Positions 54,150-64,000 of a stretch of DNA of 64,000 bases are shown here, piece after piece (the stretch's first letter is position 1; the number at the start of each line of letters is the position of its first letter). This DNA comes from the human T2T-CHM13v2.0 reference genome, Homo sapiens. The translations under genes and the position numbers were made by a program. Location: contig CP068257.2 of assembly GCA_009914755.4 (NCBI GenBank), positions 19,808,001 through 19,872,000 on the forward strand, read 5' to 3'. The notes under the pieces were generated by a model that saw only the letters and a list, made by a program, of their open reading frames with translations, made no database searches and was not told the origin of the DNA.

Positions 54150-55445
54150 ATGATGAACATATGAGTGCACGTGTCTTTTGGGTGGAATGATTTATATCTT
54201 TCAGGTAGATACCTGGTAATTGGATTACTGGGTCAAATGGTAGTTCTGTTTTAAGTTATTTGGGAAATCTCCAGACTGCTTTCCTCAGTGGCTGGACTAA
54301 GTTGCATTCCCATCAACAATGTATAAGCATTTTCTTTTCTCTACGGCCTCACCGGCATCTGTTGTTTTTTGACTTTTTAAAATGATTATTCTCATTGGTG
54401 CGAGATACTATCTCATTGTGGTTTTGATTTACATTTTTGATGATTAATGATGCTAAGCATTTTTTCATATGTTTAATAGCCACTTGTATATCTTCTTTTT
54501 GAGAAGCGTCTGTCCATGTCCTTTGCGTATTCTTTAATGAGATTATTCATTTATTGCTGGTTGATTTAAGTTCCCCATAGATTCTGGATAATAGACCTTT
54601 GTAGGATGCGTTGTTCGTGAATATTTTCCCCCGTTCTGTAGATTTTCTCTTTGCCCTGTTGATCATTTATTTTGCTATACAGAAGCTCTTTAGTTGAATT
54701 AGGTCCCACTTGTCTATTTTTTGTTTTGTTGCTATTTCATTTGGAGATTTAGCCAAAAATCCCTTGCCAAGGCCAATGTCAAGAAGAATATTTCTTAGGT
54801 TGTCGTCCAGGATTTTTATAGTCTGAGGCCTTATATTTAAGTTTTTAATCCATCCCGAGTTAAGTTTTGTATATGGTGAAAGGTAGGGATCCAGATAAAA
54901 TCTTCTGCATTGGGCTAGCCAGTTATCCCAGCATCATATACTGAATAGAGAGTTATTTCCCCCTTACCTTGTTGTAGGTGAGGTGGTTGTAGGTGTGTGG
55001 CATTACTTTGGGTTTTCTGTTCTGTCTAAGAGCATTCAAGCCAGGTGCCTATCAGTGGTAGATTGTATAAAGAAAATGTGGCACATCTGCACCATCCAAT
55101 TCTACACAGCCATAAAAAAAATGACATCATGTCCTTTGCAGCAACATAGATAGAGCGGGAGGCCATAGTCCTAAGCAAATTAACTCAGCAACAGAAAACA
55201 AAATATCACATGTTCTCACTTATAACTGGGAGCTAAGTATTGAGCACACATGGACATAAATATGGGGACAACAGACACTGTGGACTACTAGAGGATGGGG
55301 TGTGGGTTAAAAAACTACCAATCAATCAAGCTGTGTGCTCGCTATCAGGGTGATATGACTTCCAAACCTCAGCATCATGCATTTCCGCATGTAAGAAATC
55401 TGCACATATACCCCCTACATCAAAAATAAAAGTTGAAATTCTAAA
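54150..55445 (+). mobile_element. Older L1 3' portion (ORF2 C-terminal domain through 3'UTR).
   Basis: The sequence contains the L1 ORF2 C-terminus, reading '...gsngssvlsylgnlqtafl.gwtklhshqqcisifflsta...', and the 3'UTR block gccataaaaaaaatgacatcatgtcctttgcagcaacatagatagagcgggaggccatagtcctaagcaaattaactcagcaacagaaaacaaaatatcacatgttctcacttataactgggagctaag. Confidence 0.8.
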
Positions 55446-56533
55446 AGGTATACAGTTTTACAATTATAAATGCCATTCCTATAATCTACTTGTTTATAGT
55501 TCCCCCATTTTTAACCAAATATTCTCAATTAGCTACTTTTTCTTGCCCTGAATCAGATATTAAGAAAAAGCAAATAAAAGGATATGGTTATCGGTGCTAC
55601 CTTTTTACTGTTCCGAATCCCTGATAAGCTTCCTAGGATTTTGAAGTGATTTGAAGGAAAATTTTGGATTGCCACTGAGTTTATTTACAAAACAATTATT
55701 TATACGTGTAACAACATTTTGACAAAACATTTAAAATCATTAGAGAATGGAGACTCAGTACTGAAGAATAAGTGTTGGGAAATACATACATCTACCCCCT
55801 AAAGAATAAGCATTCTGGGAAAAGAAATTCGGTAGTAAGTAATAAAATGTCTACATCAAGACTGTTCAGCAAAGTACACATAAAATGGTACATTAAAACG
55901 ACCTTATTGAAAGTTACCAAAAATAGCCTGAGGATGTAAAACATATATAAATAAGCATTAGCCTTTTTTTATTTATTTAAGTAATGTTGAAAATTGTTGA
56001 TGAATTTTACTCAGAATTTTTAAAACCTAAAGTTTTCAAATTCCCCAAATAATATGTGGATGCTGTAAATAGTATTGTAAGGGACTAAAAGAGCTGGAAA
56101 TTATGTAAAATGATTTTACACAATCTACATCAGTGTATTAATGTCCAGTATAAACTTTTATAATTTATTTATAGATCTAAAAAGAGTTCCAATGAACTCA
56201 TTATATACGTATGTGAAAATAGAGCAAATAACTTGTGTGTGATTCTAAAAATTAAAAATCCCTCCAACTGGCCACACACAATCCATAAGCTGGTGTAATT
56301 TCATCAAATTAAGTGCTGTATTCCTGATTATAATTTAATTTTGATTTTTAATGTTTTTAAGCATTATTATTTTTAATATTCCAAAACTCATTTCATAGAA
56401 TTTATCTCTTAAAAAGACACTCTTTGCAGTTTTCTCTTCATAGATAACAATGCTTTTTTCACAGCCATCACAGACATTACTAGCATTACATACTTTTTCT
56501 TTTCAAATTATTCATTGAAAATTACAGGAGATT

Positions 56534-56619
56534 ACATGTTGTACCCATACAGCTCTCATTCAATTATTTCTGTAACACATGTTGTACCCATACAGCTCTC
56601 ATTCAATTATTTCTGTAAG
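56534..56619. repeat. Perfect 43-bp tandem duplication (two copies of acatgttgtacccatacagctctcattcaattatttctgtaa).
   Basis: Copy 1 is 56534-56576 and copy 2 is 56577-56619. They differ only at the last base. Confidence 0.95.
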
Positions 56620-57319
56620 CAGTTTTATATATGATGACTGCGAACTTGAGTGAACTTAAAAAAGTTGCCAATAAGTGCATTTTGTCAGGGAGCTGAAAGA
56701 TGTAATGCCTTTTTATAATCTCATAAATACTCTGAGCTGTCCAGAGGGAGCCGAGACATACCAGAGTAAAAGATTAGAACACAAAAGAAGTACAGTATTT
56801 TTTTTGGGGAGGTGATTTTGATTCACTTTGTAACAATCTTTTAAAAGTTATAATTTTATGTTTTATTACAATGAAGATGAATTGATCTAAAATATTGGAC
56901 AAAATAATAATACAATAAATATGTTAATGATCACAAAAACGTAATAATGTACTAGGGGGCAAAATGAATTATAGAAGAAGAGAATGCCTCCCAAAATCCA
57001 GTATCTCCTTATCTCAAAACTGAGCAAAAGCCAAAGTCATATATGAGTGACAGTAAGAGCATTAGTAAATTATATGGACTTCCTCCATCTTCACATGAGT
57101 TTTAAAAAGATGAAGAAAAATTTTATAGTGTCAATTAGGAATATAGCAATGACCAAAACCAAAATTTACTAGCTAAGAAGTGAAGAAATAAAAAAGGAAT
57201 AATATTAAAATTTTTAAAAACTTGTTGATTCTGGCCACAGTAAAATGCGTAGCTAAAAGTAGAAGAATGGAAATGATCTGAAGCCTTAAGCCTTAATGAA
57301 GATAACATATTAAACAAAT

Positions 57320-57622
<303 letters not shown>

Positions 57623-60600
57623 AATAACAATAAATTTTAAAACAAAATGTTTGTACTTGCTAAAATCTAGGAAGGTTTTGTATAAAAGTGGAGAAGTTCT
57701 AGTTTAAAAAAAAATACTGCTATAAGCAACAAGTAACAAGAAGCTACTCTAAACTGAATGTTTTTAAAATAATAGATTTAACAAATGAAATAATAACATA
57801 TGTATATAATGACTTGGAATTCCCAAAGTACTTTCTTGCTTGAGCCTAAAAGAGCATTTTCATTAAGATAACTAGATATGTATATCACCATTTTACCAAC
57901 AATGAAACTGGGAATGAAACAACAATATTATTTAGATATTTCCAATTGTATTATATGGACCACAAAATGGGTGAAAAATATAATTCACTCTGAAGATATA
58001 AAATGTTAGAATTTCCAAGTGCATTTATATCAACTCATCTTTTTATTTTTCTGTTTTATAATGTGCATTACATATTTCAATATATATTATAAAATACTAC
58101 CTGTTTATAATTTAAAATAAAAACACCCATCTTGGAAGTGGATACTCAGCTCTTCTCTAGATATATACAGGAAACAATTTTAAAAGTTTTCTAGAAGGAA
58201 GGAAGAATATAAAATTCAATCATGGTTGCTGTTGAGTGTGCTGTTTATTTTTTTAAATTTTGAATGAATGTCAAATGATATTTTTAATCATCCTTGCTAA
58301 TGAAATTTGCCATGATTTTTCTCTTTTTTCTCTAATTGATACAATTAAAGGAGTATTGACTAAACATTGGAAACCTCAAAAGTACAAACACTTCTTTCAA
58401 ATAAGGAGTTTTAATGTGAATTAAAATTGAATAAATCTATCCATTTAGGGATGCACTACAGGTAGCAAAAATGCAAGAGGCCCCACCTGGTGTGATGCAG
58501 AAGAAAAACCTGTTCAGAGAAATGGAAATAGTGTTACATTGTGCTCGGATTGCTAGTATCAGTGGTTCCATATAAAATTCAGTGAATTTTATAACTTGCG
58601 TAAATCAAAATTTTCATTTTCCTTTTTTTCTACCTGTAATTACAACACATGCAAATGCGATCTGAAAGTCATGTTCTTTCAAATATATAAAGATAAATAT
58701 TTTGGAATAATTTTTTTCTTACCACCCACAAATATATAAAGAAAACATTTATACATATATTTCTAATTATCTATGTAGTTTAACTGAGAGAAGTCTATCA
58801 AAGTCCAAACATGAATCTTAACTCATTTAAACTATTTGGTAAGTAAGTTTGTGATTAACATGTAAGGTCTTCCCTGTAGAAGATAGGAAGTTTTGTTAAT
58901 ATAAGACATCTCTCTTCACAACTCCATAATGTTGAAGAGTACTATTTTATTTCGTGACAAGTGGCTTCTGTTAAGAAATGTAAAGGATGCTGTTTGGTTT
59001 TATACTGGAAGAACATTATGAATACAGTTTATTCTCAATATCCCCACCATTTTTAAAGCCGTGAGCATTTAATTTTAAAAAAATTATTTTTGAACACTAT
59101 TTTGCTCACCTAGTCTAGTATCTGCTTTGATTGATTCTTTCTACATTCTGCTACACATTGACTCTTTGAACTACATTTTACTCTTTGTATATTCAAGGGA
59201 ATTCTATGGAAAATGCCACAAAACAAACATTTAATTCATCAATTTAATATAATATCCAGGTTTATAAGGAATAGGTAATCTTGGTAGACTGCTTGCCTAA
59301 CATAACACAACAAGAAGCGTTGTATAAATCTCAGAAATGTTAATTGGTTTTTAAATTAGTGCAATGCATTTTTCTTTAAAACTATGTATTATCTCAGAAT
59401 GTGTCTTCCATAACGCAAAATTTTGCCATAATGTTAACTATTACCAGTATGCCCTTGTTAATGTAAATATCATATCCATTAGCTCCTTTGTCGTGTCTTT
59501 TGTAATTCAATGGATGAAATTATATAAGGGAATTTATAATGCTCCCTAAGTAAATATGGACTTGAAGTATAATATTTCTAAAGAGTTATGTTAATTTTAT
59601 TAATTCTATTTTAGTACATTTTAGGCAACCCTTCTGGTTCTGCACTATTTTATTAGACAGTCAATCAATGTTTATGAAGCATACATGGATTAATGTTCCT
59701 TTTTTTTTTTTTGCTATGTAGCTGCAGAAGTCTTTAGACTATCCAGATGTTTGACTTCTTAAGTAGCTGTCAATTCTGACCTAGATGGAGCCCTGCTGCA
59801 GAAAGATGCCTACTCCACCTTTCTCCACACCAGAAATGCAATCAAAACAAGACTAATTGACTGTGTTCTTGTAATTTTTGAGAAATTGCCCTTTAAGTTT
59901 CAGTATACCAAATTCAAATATTAAAAATTACAATCATAGTTTTACTTCAGTAATTTACAAAGCCATTCAAATCCAAATCAGCAATATTTTAAGAAGTATC
60001 CCTGTGAAGTCCAACACTGATAATACATTTCCCAGAAATTGGTAAATAAGAGTAATTAGATACCTTCCAAATTTTTAAAAAGTCTCTATCCCCTGGAGGA
60101 AACATTTCTACTGACTAAAGTATTTTGCGAGAAAAATTTTGCCTAGTTGTTTTGCTTGACTATATTAAGTAAATTTAATGTTTTCAACATTTTGACACTT
60201 TATATTAAGTATTTCTCAAACCATTTTGAATAGAAGTTAGTGAAACTTTAGACTATACTCATGCCTCTCAAAGAAGATACTTTTGGGGTATGTTTTACAA
60301 TGGATAATTTCTAAAAATATTTTTTGAAACTCTAAAGAACAGTTATTAATTCTCTCAATTTTCTATCCATGTATCAAATTTATTTAATTGTAGGATTAAC
60401 TCTGCACTATTTAAATGATTCAAATTTGAGGTAATTTTGAAGAGTATGTTTTAAAATATTCTTAACTTAATTTCACTTCATAAGATTCCACAAAAGTATT
60501 GTTGAATTCATGTCTATTGACCTTAATCTACAAAGCAAACTAAAACATCCCCCATGATTAGATATCACCAGGTAGAATTTCAAGTTGCAGGGGATTTTTT

Positions 60601-63289
60601 AATCTTCTTTAGTTTTTCCTCATATACATGTATGTATTTGCTATAGACTTAGGCCAAAATTTTCCAAATATCATTTGATGTTAGGGAGTATATTGTACTA
60701 CGAAGGACGAAGTAAGAACATATAATTAAGAGTCATGTAGACTTATCACCAATGTGGAAAGATACCGTACGTAGTAATATCATCAACACCAATCAGAGTT
60801 ATTTAATGTCTTCTCTTTTCATATGCTTAACCTACTTGCCTGCTGCATCCAACAATATCTCTTATGAAAATAGCTACCAGTATTCTGGAAACAGCAACCA
60901 ATCACCATCTTAGGACTCTGACTTTTTTCTCCATGTCTTTATTGCAGCTTTCCACGTCCTGAAATTAATTTTCAGTCTACCTGGAGAAGATGATACATGC
61001 ACATAGAAAAAAGTTAAATAAAACATTGAACTATATAAGGAGTCAAAAAGCATGGCTAGTTTTATGAATCTAATAGTGCAGTGGTTTTTGAAAAGCTAGT
61101 ATTATCAAATATAATACATTTCATGGACAAATATTTTAATATTGCAGTTGGGATTTAATTTATACAACAGAAACATGAAAAGACGCATACAATAGTCCCT
61201 GCTTTAGCCAGAGATACATTCCAAAACTCTCAGTGGATGCCTGAAACCTTTGATCGTACTTAACCCTACATATACAGATTTTCCTCTACGTACATACCTA
61301 TGATAAACTTTAATTTACAAGTTAGGCACAGTAAGTTAACAATAATATCTGTTATTAAAATAGAACAATTACAACAATTTTCCAGCATCGCTAATCTTGT
61401 GTATAAGGGCCATTATTAAGTAAAATAAGGGTTATTGAACATGAACGCTTTGAGACTGACAATAGAGGGCTGAAACAGCTCCTAAGTAACTAAGAGGTGG
61501 GTAGTGTAGATAACATAGACATGCTGGATAAAGGGATGATTTGTGTCCCTGTCACAACAGAGAGGAATAGCAAGATATTTCATCGCACTACTCAGAATGG
61601 CCTCAAATTCAAAATTTATGAATTGTATACTTAAATTTTCCATTTGATATTTTTGGACCACAGTTGACTATAGATAACCGAAACTGCAGAATGCAAAACT
61701 GGATGAGGAGGGACTACTGTATATAAGACATTTGAATGAAGCTTGGATTCTCATACTTTAATACTTTGATTTTATGTTTGGCTGAAAATTTGAATGCAAT
61801 TACAAGAAGATATGGGGAAACAGATTTAGAAAGTCAATTTCCAAATTTCATGGGGTTAGAGAAAATGCAGCTCAGAGGGAAACTGATTCTCACAGTTGCT
61901 TTTAATAGTAAAATATAAACCAAATATATTTTTAACTTTTTATATTCTAAATTATTTATTCTTATTCAATTATGAAGCCCATTTTTCATAACAGCAATAC
62001 AAAATGATCATTAAAGAGGAAGCTTAAAGCAGAAATATAAGTTAGATAAATAATTTACATTGATGTTTTTCATTTAAATAGTTGTTAAATAGTTGTACCT
62101 CCAAATAATATTAAAGGTATATGGATATTGACATTTTTCTATAAGAATAATACATATTTTAATGTATTTGCTGTATTGCTGTACTGTATTTTATCCATAT
62201 CTTTTCATTACTCGTTGGTGAATATCCAAGATAAAATGTTGACTCTAACACAAGTATAAAAAGTATACAACCTGGAGTTAATTAGTGATTCACGTGTACA
62301 GTTCTCATTTTAGGGGTTAGTATGTGACTTAGGCCAATGACCTCTCTGGATCTCAGTTTTCTTTTATGTAAATTAGAACTGATAATATTGTTTTCCTACC
62401 TTATAAAGTTACCATAAAATTTACACCATAAGTCGTAAGTGTAAGTATTCTGATGATCTTAAAAAATAAAAAATGGATTTACAATTATTTAAATTATTAC
62501 TTATGCTCAGGTTTGATTTCCTAAGTAATAAAACCATGATTAACTAATAAAAATGAATGTTCTGGATGTTATTGTGAAAATACATCATTAGTAGTGCCCG
62601 AATCTTAATGATGTCATTTCATATGTGCTTATGGTTTTATTTGTGAAACGTCCAGAGTACAAATAGTGGACTTTTTATGCCAGAGTAAATTGGTGAGAGA
62701 AAATAATTAAAATACTTAACTTTTATAGTTGTAACAGCCTAACCTCATGAGATATGAGAAAGTATAAGCATTTAAATACATCCTCAAGGTGACATTTAAT
62801 ATATATATAATATGTATATACATACATAGAACATAACTTTCAAAAGACAAAACTTATAAACTTATTATTTTTCAATTTTAATTTTTTTTCAGAGAATAGT
62901 ACATTTGTATATTTGTGGGGTACATGACAACTTTTGATACAGGCATACAATGTGTAATAATCAAATTAGGGAAAATGGTGTATCCATCACCTCAAGCATT
63001 TATCTTTCGTGTTACAAATAATCCAATTATACTTTTAGTTATTTTTAAATGTATAATTATTATTGACTATAGTCATCCTGTTGTGCTATTAAATACCTGA
63101 TCTTATTCTATTTTTAACACAAACCTATTTGAAGTTCACTTCTATCCTCTGCAATGACAAAAAGATACTTATTTTTTCATAAAAATAACTTCAAGCAACC
63201 TACGATTGTAATAAGTTTATAAAGTTAATTTTCTATATATAGAAAAAAGTACTAGCTATTAGTATTTTAGCAATTCTTCACCATAATAA

Positions 63290-63540
63290 AATAGGGCTCC
63301 TATATGGTTAAAAAAGAGTAGGATCTTAATCTGATGGGATCAATGGCCTTAAAAGAAAAGGAAAAGAGAGTTCTCTCTGAGTCTCTATCCCACAAGTGAT
63401 CACACAGTGAGAAGGAAGCTGTCTGCAAAGCCAGGAAAAGAGCCCTCACCAGAATCCAATCATGCTGGTACCTTGACCTCAAACTCTAAACCACCATAAC
63501 TGTTAAGAAATAAATTTCTTTTGTTTAAGCCAAAAAATGA
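63290..63540 (+). repeat. Third, more diverged copy of the same ancient repeat family (...gccaggaaaagagccctcaccagaatccaatcatgctggtaccttgacctcaaactctaaaccaccataactgttaagaaataaatttcttttgtttaagcc...).
   Basis: It is collinear with the other two copies. Confidence 0.4.
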
Positions 63541-64000
63541 AGATGTTTTACATATATAATTTTTCTGAAAGCTTTTCTAAAGATAAAAATGAAGCATATA
63601 ATTATACTAGTTTAATGCTAAAAAGGTCACAGGATGAAATACTTGTCATTTAAAAGCTAACTAGCCAAACCTGAATTATTAAAAAAAAACTTACTTTAGC
63701 CTCAAGAGAATAATCATTACTTAATAAGAGATAGTCTTCCACTTTAGATTACTGCTGAAAAGATGTGCTTACAGAATAGTTTAATGTTTAACATTAGATA
63801 ATTTTTAGTTGAAATATCATTTTTATAATACTAAATATCAATTTTATAATATTAAAATAATTATAAGCAGTACTTGCTAGATTTTTACTTTGTACTGGGC
63901 AATAAGTGCTGGAGGTTAAGTACATTACCACATTCACACAATCTTCTCAACAAACTTGTGACCTATTTTTGGTTGTTATTTTTATTATTACTGTCTCCAT

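Overview
This is human (primate) nuclear DNA, not a prokaryotic window. It is AT-rich, CpG-depleted and dense in Alu and L1 elements, so operon, CRISPR and similar feature classes do not apply.

The + strand carries part of an NCAM-family neural cell adhesion gene. I identify it as NCAM2 (chr21q21 gene-poor region) from the encoded peptides and their clear paralogy to NCAM1. Three internal coding exons have canonical AG/GT boundaries and mutually consistent intron phases. They encode the C-terminal half of fibronectin-III domain 1 and both halves of fibronectin-III domain 2. A fourth candidate exon is the only downstream reading frame compatible with the phase left open by the last fibronectin-III exon. 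It encodes a textbook GPI-anchor signal peptide, a stop codon and a downstream AATAAA, so I call it the alternative 3'-terminal exon of a GPI-linked isoform.

Everything else appears intronic. It includes a roughly 4.6 kb L1 with a 5' inversion (twin-priming architecture), several other L1 fragments, at least nine Alu elements (three young AluY-like copies with intact target-site duplications and 20-30 nt pure poly-A tails), many CA/TA microsatellites and a roughly 700 bp AT-only minisatellite.

Structures not explained by standard repeats:
- a pair of 120 bp inverted repeats about 625 bp apart;
- two copies of a 39 bp sequence flanking the GPI exon;
- a duplicated 135 bp segment containing a free-left-Alu-monomer-like piece;
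- a perfect 43 bp tandem duplication;
- a small palindrome with an adjacent duplication.

I see no rRNA, tRNA, CRISPR or prokaryotic-type genes. The first-half exon of fibronectin-III domain 1 and the transmembrane exon were not found in this window.
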